From assembly GCF_963921235.1 (NCBI RefSeq), contig NC_086097.1, positions 57,042,001-57,106,000 of the forward strand: a DNA stretch of 64,000 bases, given 5' to 3'. The position numbers and the translations under genes are program-made. Under the pieces are notes generated by a model, which did not search any database, was not told the origin of the DNA, and saw only the letters and a list, made by a program, of their open reading frames with translations. This document shows, piece after piece, positions 1-12,745 of the stretch; position 1 is the stretch's first letter; every line of letters starts with the position of its first letter. This DNA comes from Mobula hypostoma (Eukaryota).

Positions 1-238
1 CTCTAGCTAGAGGGTGGCGAGTCTGGATTTCATTGTCATAGACTGCTGTAGAGGCCAAGTCACTGGGTATTTTTAAAGCAGAGACTTTATGTTGTTCTTG
101 ATTATTATGTTCTTGATCAGTGAGGGTGTCAAAGGTCATGCAGAGAAGACAGGAGGATGACTTTGAGAGGGAACAATAAATCAACAATGAGCAGACTTGA
201 TGGACCAAATGGCCTTAATCTGTTCAGATGTCTTATAG

Positions 239-1402
239 CAGGGGCAGGCCAAATCCGGCCCGCGAAGGTATTTTGACAGGCCTGTGAGCAAATATTGAGA
301 TACTATGCATATCCGGCCCGCGAGTGATTTTTTCTCATTCTGAGTATTTCACGCGACCACACTGATGGACGTGCATTGCGTCCTGTTACACTAGCCCCAG
401 GTTCCGTTTTGTTCCAAACCAAAGACTGGTATATACGAATGACAGGAAGGCAGACTACCTTATTAATATGTATTAGATACTGTCCGTGCACGCGCAGATT
501 TTCAGATGGGATCGTTCAAATTTGTAAACAGAAACAGCGACACTGTGTTTTAACAAGAAATCCACACTAAATATCCAGATATCTACATGTGCTATGATAC
601 TTGTTGAATAACTTGCATTTCGAAATAAAATCAAAGAAAAAATTCCAATGGCAATGAATGCAAAACAGGGGAAGGTAGACGCTGAGTGCCGAAAAAGCAG
701 TGAAAATGAAGGAAATACCCATGCCAGCTATGAAGTCTCAAAATGTATTGTAGAAAAGATGAAGCCTTTTACAAATGGAGAGTTTGTCAAAGAATGTTTA
801 CTGGCAGTGGTGATATTGTTTGTCCTGAAAAGAAATCTTTATTTGCATCTATCAGCCTGTCAGCAAGAATGATCACGGCGAGTTGAAGAAATGTCAGCAG
901 ATGTTAAAAGTTTTTTAAGGGATGCCTGCAACGAATTGCATTTTTTTCAATTGCGCTCGATGAGAGTACAGACTTGAGACATTGCTCAACTTGCAGTGTT
1001 TGTGCGAGGAGTGACCTCAACTTTTCAAATTTTTGCAGAGTTTATTCAATTAATTCCAATGAAGGACACGATTGCTGGAGCAGACATTTTTGAAGCTTTG
1101 CTGAAAATGATGTCAGAAATGAAACTTAATGTGTCGAAGCTAATTGGCATCACAACTGATGGGGCACCAGCAATGATGGGACAGAAAAACTAAACTGAGT
1201 TCTTTGATTACTAATTGGCATCCTTGGTTAAGCACAAATGATTTTCTAGCCTGTGTTATTCATTAATTTGAGGCAAAACATAACTAGATGTAGTTAAATG
1301 TATAATTCCTATATTTTAAGTTTTTTATGGCATTTATCTGGCCCACCGTCCGCTCATTAATACGCAATCCGGCCCACAGAGGCAAAAAGGTTGCTGACCC
1401 CG
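239..1402 (+). mobile_element. hAT (SPIN/Charlie, GTF2IRD2-like transposase) deletion derivative
   Basis: Termini caggggcaggccaa / ttgctgaccccg; 8-bp TSD tcttatag/tcttgtag; transposase remnants KPFTNGEFVKECL, ALDESTD, ITTDGAPAMMG. Confidence 0.88.
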
Positions 1403-1808
1403 TCTTGTAGTCTTATAAAACCTTCAGAGAGATATGAGGGACAGATCTTTCACACAAAGCGTGGTGGGTAAATGAAATACGTTGCCAGAGGAGCTGTTAT
1501 AGACAAGTACAATCATAGATGGATAGACACATGGGTAGAAAAGAAATAGGGGTTTGTGTTAAATGCTGGAAAATGGGATTAGCGTAACTGGGTATCTCAG
1601 TTGGCAGAGACCACTTGGGCCGAAGAGTCTGTTCCTTACCTGCATGACACTGACTTTGATACATCTAATGAGTTGGTCTCCACCACCATCAGAAGCAAAG
1701 AAATTTAGAGATTCACTCGCCTCTGAGAAGAAATTGCGACACACATGCTCAATGCTTTTGATTGGTGATTACTGCAATATTTTCACAGTATTGGCAAGAT
1801 TAGGTGAG

Positions 1809-2505
1809 TCGACTGTGGTGATATACTGCGTCCGGTGCTCCCGATGTGGCCTTTTATATATTGGTGAGACCCGACGCAGACTGGGAGACCGCTTTGCTGA
1901 ACATCTACACTTTGTCCGCCAGAGAAAGCAGGATCTCCCAGTGGCCACACATTTTAATTCCACATCCCATTCCCATTCTGACATGTCTATCCACGGCCTC
2001 CTCTACTGTAAAGATGAGGCCACACTCAGGTTGGAGGAACAACACCTTATATTCCGTCTGGGTAGCCTCCAACCTGATGGCATGAACATTGACTTCTCTA
2101 ACTTCCGCTAGGCCCCACCTCCCCCTCGTACCCCAGCTGTTACTCATTTTTATGCACACATTCTTTCTCTCACTCTCCTTTTTCTCCCTCTGTCCCTCTG
2201 AATATACCTCTTGCCCATCCTCTGGGTCACCCCCCCCCCCCGTCTTTCTCCCTAGGCCTCCTGTCCCATGATCCTCTCATATCCCCTTTTGCCTATCACC
2301 TGTCCAGCTCTCGGCTCTATCCCTCCCCCTCCTGTCTTCTCCTATCATTTTGCATCTCCCCCTCCCCCTCCAGCTTTCAAATCCCTTACTCACTCTTCCT
2401 TCAGTTAGTCCTGACAAAGGGTCTCGGCCTGAAACGTCGACTGCACCTCTTCCTATAGATGCTGCTTGGCCTGCTGCGTTCACCAGCAACTTTGATGTAT
2501 GTTGC
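1809..2505 (+). mobile_element. Penelope-like element 3' end (GIY-YIG endonuclease plus pLTR tail)
   Basis: VIYCVRCSRCGLLYIGETRRRLGDRFAEH...LEEQHLIFRLGSLQPDGMN; pyrimidine-rich tail; hammerhead-like motif at 2407-2442. Confidence 0.88.
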
Positions 2506-3717
2506 AGGAAATGAGAGTGTGTGCTTTTCATTTCTAAAGCAGTCCTTTGGTGCCGACTAGAGGCTGATACAATAACTGTATGAGAGCCTTGAAGATCTAT
2601 TAGAGCAGGTATCAAGTGAGCCTTTGATATTTACAGCTGTTAACTGCTGTAGCCTGCCAGCATTCCAAAGTTATTGATTTAATGGAGGTGTGCACTTCCA
2701 CTGATCTGGTAGTTTTCTGATTTGCTGATTCCCCCTTCTAAGATATTGATCTGTCCATCGAGCTCAGAATCTTTGTAAAATTGTTTTTTCTTGGCAGTTA
2801 ATTGCAGCTAACTGCAGTTCGGGTAGCAATGCCACAGAGTAAGTTGGTTCATCTGGACAGCTGAAAGACAGTCCTGGTGTTGAGTTTTCAAGGTTAGGAA
2901 TCTGTAGGCTGCTTAATTCTTCACAAAGAAAATAAAAGCATCAAGCTTCCTTTGGAATCACAGAGTATACTTTTTTGTTCACTCTGCAATTAGCCAATTG
3001 AAGGTGCCCACACATTATGCTGTATATTCTAATCTATATCGAAGTCGGATTTTAAAAGTTCAGAATAAATTCTTATTTTAACAGAAATTGCATGCAGTAC
3101 ATTATAACTGATAAAATTGAAACAGCAAAAATAATTAGCTATTTTTAAGATACGTACACATGTACATCCAATGAAATCATCATTATAATTTGAACTTCAT
3201 CTAAGCTGAGAGGAATTTTGAGATGGGAGGAAACCACAGGTGATGCAAATAACAAATTGAATTATTACATTTTCCGTGAGCTTAATTTAGGAAAAGGATC
3301 ATTTCTTTTCACTTAATTGATATAATGTGTGAATTTTCAACCAGATTACAAATTAATCCAGCCAAATTTGCAGTTGTTTCTTGGAAAGTTTCATTCTCAA
3401 CTCTTAAGTTCCAAAGTACTTTTTTGAAAAGGGAAAGTGTAAATCTGCTTCAAATTTCAGGAATAGATCTATTTCTGGTTTTGCATTTAGCTTTCATATA
3501 AACTGGTGCATAAATTGTCACTGACTAGCAATAGTGCTAAATATGGTATATTTCTACCTGTGTTGCTTATTGAGAGTGGAACATCTATTTAGGCAAAAAG
3601 GTCTCAAGTATAACATTTTATTTGCCCATTGTTGATCGAATTACAAAATTTAATGGATATCAAAAAGTAGAAGTTAAAAGTCCTGTAAAGAATCAGGCCA
3701 AACACGGGTTTACTCAT

Positions 3718-4627
3718 GCAAACATGCAGATGCTGGAATTTCAAGCAACACACATAAAAGTTGCTGGTGAACGCAGTAGGCCAGCAGCATCTATAGGAAG
3801 AGGTACAGTTGACGTTTTGGGCTGAGACCCTTCGTCAGGACTAATTGAAAGAAGAGCTACTAAGAGATTTGAAAGTGGGAGGGGGAGACCCAAAATGATA
3901 GGAGAAGACAGGAGAGGGAGGGATGGAGCCAAGAGCTGGACAGTTGATTGGCAAAAGGGATATGAGAGGATCATAACATATCAGAATGGGAATGGGACGT
4001 GGAATTAAAATGTGTGGCAGACATATCAGAATGGGAACGGGATATATCCTCGCCTTCTATATATTGGCGAGACCCGACGCAGACTGGGAGACCGTTTGGC
4101 TGAACACCTAGGCTCTGTCTGCCAGAGAAAGCAGGATCTCCCAGTGGCCACACATTTTAATTCCACGTCCCATTCCCATTCTGATATGTCTATCCACGGC
4201 CTCCTCTACTGTAAAGATGAAGCCACACTCAGGTTGGAGGAACAACACCTTATATTTCATCTGGGTAGCCTCCAACCTGATGGCAGAACATTGACTTCTA
4301 ACTTCCACTAATGCCCCACCTCCCCCTCATACCCCATCCGTTATTGCCCATCCTCTGGGCTTCCCCCTTCCCCCTTTCTTTCTCCCTAGGCCTCCCGTCC
4401 TATGATCCTCTCATATCCCTTTTGCCAATCACCTGTCCAGCTCTTGGCTCCATCCCTCCCCCTCCTGTCTTCTCCTATCATTTTGGATCTCCCCCTCCCC
4501 CTCCCACTTTCAAACCTCTTACTAGCTCTTCCTTCAGTTAGTCCTGACGAGGGGTCTCGGCCCGAAACATTGACTGTACCTCTTCCTATAGATGCTGCAT
4601 TCACCAGCAACTTTTATGTGTGTTACA
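3718..4627 (+). mobile_element. Penelope-like element with an inverted copy of its terminal repeat
   Basis: GIY-YIG ORF 4012-4311; 3741-3975 is the reverse complement of about 4390-4625; flanking direct repeat ggtttactcat at 3707-3717 and 4628-4638. Confidence 0.88.
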
Positions 4628-4944
4628 GGTTTACTCATAGTTTTTTTTTCTAGTATTGAAATGGCACGTAAACATAATGGAAAATTAAGCATTAACACTT
4701 GGATAATTTTCAGTGTTCTGAGATGCCTTTAATCCTGACACAACGTCATCCATATTTACCAAGTCAGCAATTGTAGGATTCCCCAATGAAGAGTGTTATG
4801 TTTTGTAACTTCAAAACATTAAATTAATTCAAAGGAAGACACAGGAGTTCGAAATGTGTCTAATTTGTTGTTTTACTTTAAGTGAGGTGCACCCGTATCA
4901 CGTGGTTGCATGATGATGTATTCAAGTCACACATTTTCACACAT

Positions 4945-5810
4945 CAAAATTCAAAGTAAAATTGAGAATATAAACATGTCTCCACATACAGCTCTGAGAT
5001 TTTTTTCTCTTGCGGGCATACTGAACAAATTTATGGAGTGGTAACTGTAAATGGGATCAATAAGAGAGCAAGAGCATAGAATACAACAACCTATTGAAAT
5101 GCAAATATAAATAAATTACAATAAATAATGGGAGCACGAACTGACAAAATAAAGAGTCCTTAAAGTAAAATTATTGGTTGTAGGAATATCTTACTATTTG
5201 AGTATAATTATCCTCTTTTGTTCATAGTCTGATGGTTGAGCGGTAGTAACTGTTGAACCTGGTGGTGTGAGTACTGAGGCTCTTGTACCTTCTGCCTGAT
5301 GGCAGCTGCAAGAAAAGGGCTTGGCTTGAGTGGTGAGGAATTTGATCGTTTCTGCTTTCCTACGACAGTGTTTCATGTAGATGTGCTCAATGATTAGGAG
5401 GGTTTTACCCATGGTATATTGGGCTGAATCCACTATCTTTTGTAGGATTTTCCATTCAAAGGTATTGCTGTTCCCATACCAAGCTGTAATATACCCAGTC
5501 AGTAAGCTTTCCATTACACATCTATAGAAGTTCGTCAAAGTTTTTGATGTCCTCCCAAATCTCCACAGCCTTCTATGGAAGTGGAGTCCTGTCATGCTTT
5601 CTTCGCAATTTCATTTATATGAGAGTCCAGGAAAGGTCCTCTGAGATAGTGACACCCAGGAATTTAAAGTTGCTGACCCACTCCACCTCCGATCCTCTGA
5701 TGAGGACTGGCTCATGGATCTTTGGTTTCTCACTGCTGAAGTCCACAATTAGTTCCTTGGTCTTGCTGACATTGAGTGAGAGTTTGTTGTTATGACACCA
5801 TTCAGCTAAA
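4945..5810 (-). mobile_element. Rex1/Babar-type LINE 3' fragment inserted in the 3' LTR
   Basis: WCHNNKLSLNVSKTKELIVDF, FKFLGVTISEDL, ESLLTGYITAWYGN; tttgaa-type tail. Confidence 0.8.
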
Positions 5811-6249
5811 CAGGTTGGCATCAATACCTGTTCGTCCTCTGTTGGGCAATGGTTCAAGGTGTACATATAACCCATAATGAATTATTTAAAACAAACAAGA
5901 ATGTTTTAATCAAACAATATATTTTCGAATCTTACTTAAATATTAAATACTCAGCACTTCTCCCTGCTTAGCTGTAAACTGCTCCATAATAGAAGATGCA
6001 TTTCAACTACATACACAGTGTATTATATCATGCAACTAACATATGCTGGCATTCAAAACTGTCCCATTCAGGCCAAAAGATTCAGTCACTGTGAGATAAC
6101 GTCTTTCCTTGACAAAGGTGATCATTCTGCTTGGCTGGTGAGACTTATGGCTGTGAAACAATCTCAGGTTCTGGGGCCTCCTCGGTGATTGTAGGAGTTG
6201 ACTGAGACTGCAGGAAGTATTTCTGACAGCAGTAGCCACCTTTCTTGTC

Positions 6250-6395
6250 CTTTTCTCAGCTTTTCTCTCTGGATCTACTTCAATCTTTGTTTCTCTTCTG
6301 GCTCTAGCTCTTTCTCTCTCTTTTTCCTTCCTCACATTCCTTCTCTCTTTCATGCCATTTTCTTTCTCAGTCACGTTTGTTCTATCTCTTTCCTC
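6250..6395 (-). pseudogene. RBM25: Continuation of the processed RBM25 fragment (RE/RD-rich region) beyond the L1 insertion
   Basis: Minus strand reads RNKD*SRSREKS*E, compared with DRNKDRSRSREKSR in RBM25; the stops fit CGA>TGA decay. Confidence 0.72.
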
Positions 6396-6945
6396 TTTTT
6401 TTAAATTTTATTTTTATTTGGATAAGGAGTTCACAATTATCATGTACTTTTTTCACACATATAACCTTTTCCATTTTTTTATATGTATAAAACTACAATT
6501 ATTTATACATTCTTAAGTACACATTGAGATGATATAAAAGCAAAATAAACATTTAAATAGATAGTTATGTACTGTGGTAAATCTAACCTATTAGGCTAAG
6601 TAATGAAATTAATTGTTAAGAAAAATGGTAATAATAGTTTCCATACAACCCTTCTGTACCATTTCCACTGGTCCAAAATGTTGCATACAAGCCTATATAC
6701 CAACCATTGTAGGTGTTTATATCCCAATTTGTTCGTGCTTGTTCCTGCCCGCAGACATAATTATCCAATCCCTATGTACTTATTTACTTAATTTTTTCAT
6801 TTTTTTTTTATCCCTTTCCCAAATCTTTCCCTTTACTTGTGTTAAATCTCTATTTTCCAAAAAAAAACAACAAACATTTAGACTAGGGGTGCTTACATTA
6901 GCAATATTACTGTCTTGTTGAGAAGAGCAATATAAATCATTAGAG

Positions 6946-9900
6946 TCATCTAAAGTCTGCTCGCATTGGGGTTATATATTCAATCCATTTATTCCAGATT
7001 TGATAAAATGTTTCTTTTTGAGTTCTCAGGGAGTAGGTCAACTTCTCCATTTTAAATATTTCCAAGATAATTTCGTACCAATCTTCTAATGTAGGTGGTA
7101 TTGGATTTAGCCATTTTCTAGTGATTGATTTCTTACTTGCCGCTAAGAGGGCCTGCAGCAACTTTATATCTTCCTTCTGTTCAAGGAACAATACATGCCC
7201 CAAATAGAGCGTCTCAAAGTTCAGAGGTATCTGGGACCTAAGTACCTTAACTAATGTTCTATGAATACCTTCCCAAAATAGACTTAATTTAGGGCAATCC
7301 CAGAAAATATGAAAATGATTTGCCTCCTTAGAGCCGCACCTTCTCCAACACATCACATTTGTATCTTTATATTTTTCCTGATATGGGGTCTTGAAGTATC
7401 TTATAATGTTTTTCCAACAATGTTCTCTCCAAGTCAAAGAATTAGTCGAGGACCATTGAAAGCTGCAGATTTTCCCCCAAGCCTCCTCTGAAAGTACCAA
7501 CCCCGCTTCTTTCTCCCACTTCTCTTTAATATACAGTGTATTTACATTTTTAGCATGGGAGAGTGCATTATATAGGCGAGAAACTGATTTACTAGGTATT
7601 GAACTGCAAGCCGAATTCAGAATCTTGAAAAATTCTAATTCTACTGTTGATAGGTCTGTATATCTACAACTCTGGTTAACATAGTTTCGTATTTGAAGGT
7701 ACCTAAAAAAGTCATTATGTTCTAGGCCATGTTTGTCCTGCAGGATTTGGAAACTTTGTAATACTCTTATCTATAAATGAGAGGTAGGTTGTAAGACCTT
7801 TCTTTATCCATAGCTCAAATCTTTTATCTCCTCTGTTGGGAAGGAATTCGGTATCATATGCACACCATCTAAAGAGTTTTAGCATGTTATTAATTCCACA
7901 TGAATTAACCACCTTCTGCCATACTTTTAATGTAAGATTTATCCAAGCATTATTAAATTTTTCCAACTGGGCCATCAATCCTTTGTCAGCTATTGAGGCC
8001 TGAAGAGGAAAACTGTCAACTAATCCAAATTCTATTTCCTTCCATCTAGCCTTATATTCCCTATTACACCAATATAACAGAGAGGTTATCTGTGAGGCAT
8101 AAAAATAATTTCTCAGGCAAGGAAGAACCATACCTCCTCTTTCCTTCCCTAACTGTAAGGTGTTATATTGAATTCTAGGTTTCCTTCCTTGCCAAATGAA
8201 GCGGGAAATCCATTTGTCCCATTCCCTGAATTGATTATCATCCACCTCCACTGGTAAAGTACGGAAAAGATATAATAACCGAGGAAGAATATTCATTTTT
8301 ATAGTATTTATCCTTGAATTTAAACTTAAAAAGGGGATAAGATTCCATCTATGCATATCTGCTTTTATCTCTGAGATTAATGGCCCATAATTTACCTGTG
8401 ACAGTGTTGAAAGATCCTTCGGCAGGGTTATTCCTAAATATTTTAATGATTTAGCTTCCCACTTAAGATCGTATGTATCCTGCAATTTTTTGGATGGTGT
8501 ATAATTTAGGGACATAACCTGCGTTTTCTTTACATTTATTTTATAACCTGATATTTTCCCAAAGTCATCCAACAGTGTAAACAATCCTATAAATGATTTT
8601 TCTGGTTCACTCAGATAGACCAAAACATCATCTGCGAATAACGCCACTTTCTGTTCAATCCCTGCCACCTTGATACCCTTTACGATTTCGCTCTGTCTTA
8701 TTAGTTGGGCAAGTGGTTCAATATATAGCGCAAAAAGGAGAGGAGAAATTGGGCATCCCTGTCTAGTGCCTCTCTCTAAAATGAAGGAGTCAGAGAGGTC
8801 CCCATTTATCTTAATTCGGGCTGTTGGGCTGTCATATAGAGTCTGAATTACTTTAATAAACCTTTCCTGAAAGCCGAATCTTCCTAACACTCTGTATAGG
8901 AATGCCCAACTAACCGAATCAAAAGCTTTCTCAGCGTCCAATCCTACTACCATTGTCTCTGTCTCGTTCTTATTAACCTGTTCTAATATGTGCAGAGTTC
9001 TCCTTATGTTGTCCTGTGTTTGTCTTTGTTGAATAAATCCAGTCTGGTCTAAATGGATTAGGCCAGGTAAAAGCTTTTCCAATCTGCGCGCTAATATAGA
9101 TGTAAATAGTTTGTAATCTAAATTAAGAACACTAATTGGCCGATAATTGCCACATTCTAGTTTATCTTTACCCTCTTTAGGAATAACTGAAATAATCGCT
9201 TCTCTCCAGGAAGGTGGAGTTTCTCCTCTCTGCAAGATCCAATTAAAGGTGTTAAGTAGTAATGGGGCTAACTGTGTCTTCAGGGACTTGTACCACTCTG
9301 AGGTAAACCCATCAGAACCCGGGGACTTTCCAGCCTTTAACCTAGAGATGGCCACGTTCAGTTCTTTGACAGTTACTGGTTCTAATAAACTTTCATTTTG
9401 TAAATCTGTAAGTTTAGGTAGATCTAAAAAATTCAATACACTGTCTATATAGGGCTCATTGGGGGCCCAGGGTTGGGAGTACAGCTCTCGATAATACGTT
9501 TCAAAACTCTCTTGAATTTTCCCTATTGTACTCTCCACAAGCTTTGTCTTTGGATTCTTTATTTTATGAATTGTATTGTCTGCTTGTTGTTTTCGTAATT
9601 TATATGCTAATAATCTAGCTGATTTACCTCCTACTTCATAATTCTTTTGTCTCAGGTAAAGAAAGTTTCTTTGAGTTTCCAACGTATAAATATCATCAAT
9701 TTCACTTTGCAATTTCCTAATTCCCTGTTTTCGGTTTGAATTACTTTTGTTGCTATCTCCAACTTGAAGTTGTTTTAATTTTCCTTGAAGGTCTGCTAAT
9801 TTTTGTGCATTGATTTTTTTCATGTGAGTAGTAATGGAAATAATTTTCCCTCTCAGTACAGCTTTCAATGTATCCCATAAAATCACTGGTGATGTTTCTC

Positions 9901-10732
9901 CCGTGTCATTAAGGTCTAGATATTCTTTGATTTCTCCCCTTAATCTCTCCATTACTTTTGGGTTATTAAGTATATGTGAGTTTAGCCTCCATAGTGTTTT
10001 CCTCATTTTCCTTTCCAGGATTAGAGACATAGAGACTGGGCTATGATCCGACAGATCAATTGTTGCAATATTACAGTTTTTTATCCTGAGTCTATCTGTA
10101 TTAAAGATAAAGAAATAGTCTATCCTTGAATAGGCTGAATGAGGGAAAGAGTAATATGTATAATCTTTACTACTAGGGTGTAATTCCCTCCAGACATCTA
10201 TAATTCCCAACTCCTCCATCAATGAATTCACTTTCCGAGTCAGAGGTTTATTCTGAGTAACTATTCTTGAAGAATCTAATATAGGATTTAATCTAATATT
10301 AAAATCCCCTCCACAAATTACTACCCCTTGAGAACTGACCATTAGGTCAAAAATGTGTCTATAAAATGACCATTCACTACCTGGAGGAGCATAAACATTC
10401 AGCAATGTTATTTCTGTACCTTCTATTCTTCCTGTGATTTTTACAAACCGTCCTTCTTTGTCTCTAGTCTCTGAAATATGTTCATAATTAAGAGTACTTG
10501 ATATTAAAGTAGCTACCCCTCTTTTGTGACTCAATTTATATGATGAATAAAATACATGCTTAAAGCCCATTCTTTTTAATTTTCCATGTTCAGATTGGCT
10601 CATATGTGTTTCCTGGAGGAAAGCTATTTGTGCCCTCTCTTTTTTCAATTTAGACATAATCTTATTTCTTTTAATTGGATTCAAAACCCCATTAACATTA
10701 TAGGAAATTATTTTTACCAATTCAGTTTGCAT
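6946..10732 (-). pseudogene. L1 ORF2 (APE endonuclease, RT, CCHC) with one frameshift near 7765
   Basis: SYNVNG, LQETH, GGDFN, SDH; GKSPGSDG, NYRPISVLN, QGCPISPLLF, FADD; the shifted frame continues to CWRRCGSKEANHFHIFWDC. Confidence 0.92.
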
Positions 10733-11095
10733 TTTTCTCTAGTAGAAAAAAAAGCACTCTCCTTTTCTAACCAAACAGTAAGCAATCCCTTCTCAACAGT
10801 AAACCAAGACATATAACCACACCCTAGACATTTCTGAACGTATAACATTTGAAAATTTTCCCCGACTTCCCACAGTGAGGCCTGAGCACCGACCCGCCTC
10901 AGTTCAGAGGGATAACCTCTATCTTCACCATGTGTTAGAGGGCCCTCAGCAGTTTGAATTATCATAGAGAATTTTCTCCTATTTATGTCTCGACCATATT
11001 GCTATCATTCAAGTTATTCCGCCTAGATTATTTTCAGTTACCAGTTTTCATTTTACTTTTAAGTCCGATTTACTCTTTTCAGTCATTTCTCTTAA

Positions 11096-12080
11096 TTAAT
11101 CTGTATTCTCTGTACATTCGCGTCTGAATATTTGCAGCTTTTCCTTGTAGTTTGACACTCTGTTTCAAGTGGAGCGTCCTCGCCCCACTAACTGCCACGA
11201 CTTCTGCCGAATCCTCTCCAGTAGCGACTCCGGTTGGGTGATAACTTTAATAGGTAGTCCCCGGTCCGCCAGGTCCGACGTTGCCTCCTCCACCGTAGCG
11301 TAAGTTTTTGTCCCTTCGTCGTAAAAGACTCTCAGCCGAGCTGGATACAGGGTCTGGAATCTGATGTTGTTTTCCTTCAGGACTCTCCGTGTTTCCGTAT
11401 ATTCCTTCCGTCTGGCAAGAATCCCCGGTGCGTAGTCGTGGTCTAAACTGATTTTACAGTTGTTCCACATGAAACCTTTCTTTTGCCATACTCTTTTAAG
11501 CACCTCTTCCTTCGTTCTGTAACTGAGAAATCTGATCAGAATCGATCTGGGCTGGGCGCCTGCCGGAGGCTGTGGTGCCAACGTGCGGTGAGCCCTTTCT
11601 ATCTGTAGGTCTTTTGCGGCCGGTATATCAAGGTTCTCTCTAAGCAGCTTCTCCACGAAGGGAATCATCAATCCGGGTTTACCTTCGGTTCCTTCGGGAA
11701 CTCCGTAGATCCTCACATTTTCCCTTTTCGAGCGGCCTTCTTGATCTATTAGTTTCCACTGGAGTTGGTCTTGTAGCTTCAGCATTTCTGCTATCACTTC
11801 CTCGGCATTTTGTAGCTTCTCTTCAATTCCAACAATCCTCGCTTCGGCTTCATCTATCCGTGAGTTAGTTTTTACTATTTCTCCTTTAATATCTTCCAGC
11901 TGCTTGCTGTTATCTTGTCGGAACTCGCGAATCTCTCCGAGAATCAAAGACTGAGTCACCGATTTCCCCCTCATTATCTCCGTCCTGGCTTGCCGTGGGA
12001 GAGCTAGGCCCGTCGCCTTGCTGCATCTCTTTATGTTTATCAGCCTTCGAAGCGGACTTTTTATTCTTGTTCTTAGACAT
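11096..12080 (-). pseudogene. L1 ORF1 (coiled coil plus RNA-binding), disrupted by a 1-nt frameshift near 11965 and a TGA at 11165-11167
   Basis: EGRSKRENVRIYGVPEG, IERAHR, PRSILIRFL, YPARLRV; upstream MSKNKNKK in another frame; YKEKLQIFRR after the stop. Confidence 0.8.
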
Positions 12081-12227
12081 CATCCTTGCCCCTTTTATTA
12101 ATATAGTTATGCAATATTAAGTATTTGTCTAAATTCGATTTTGGGGCAGTTTACCTTCTTTTTTGTCGAGAGACCTTTTCCTTACGCCGCCATTCCCTTG
12201 ATGACCCAGAAGTCCTCCTCTTTCCTC

Positions 12228-12745
12228 CTTTTCAACTTCTTGTCTTTCTTTTTCTTGCCTTCTGTTTTCTTTTTTCTGGGATCTTCTTTCTCGATCTTTG
12301 GGAAAGTACGTTTAGTTCACTGGAGTATTCCCTTGTTAATCCTTCTATTGCTCCCTTAAAGATCTGATCTCTCCCTGTGGTTTTCTCATCCACAACATGA
12401 TCTGATGAATCCTCTGTTTTCATATCTCCATTATCTACTTTTACAAGCAGCTTATTGTCTTCCACTTGAAATTCATGCAGTAACCTTAATGCATGCAGAG
12501 TATATTATAGTTCTTTATACTCACAAAAGGTGAATGATTGCAACTTTCCTGAAGCTTGTTGAACTTTCTTACAGCTTAAAACCAAGTCACATTTTGCCTG
12601 ATTAATATATCACAAGCTTTCTCAGATATGTTAACTTCAAAAACTGTTGTAATCGGACCACTGTTTTTGTCACTTTCCCGATTCCAATATGGTCCAATAT
12701 GCTTTCTCGCCAGAGGCACAGAGGTTGGCACCGATACCTGTTTAG
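12228..12745 (-). pseudogene. RBM25: Processed RBM25 fragment (RRM region) inside LTR element copy 1
   Basis: SGPITTVFEVNISEKACDILIRQ, KLLVKVD, RDQIFKGAIEGLTREYSSELN match RBM25; contiguous with no introns; frameshifted. Confidence 0.85.

Larger units (their letters stand above)
6396..12217 (-). mobile_element. Full-length (about 5.8 kb) L1/Tx1-clade non-LTR retrotransposon
   Basis: 5' end gaggacttctgg...atggcggcg; ORF1 and ORF2 present; A-rich 3' tail near 6396-6420; TSD ctctttcctc at 6386-6395 and 12218-12227. Confidence 0.92.
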
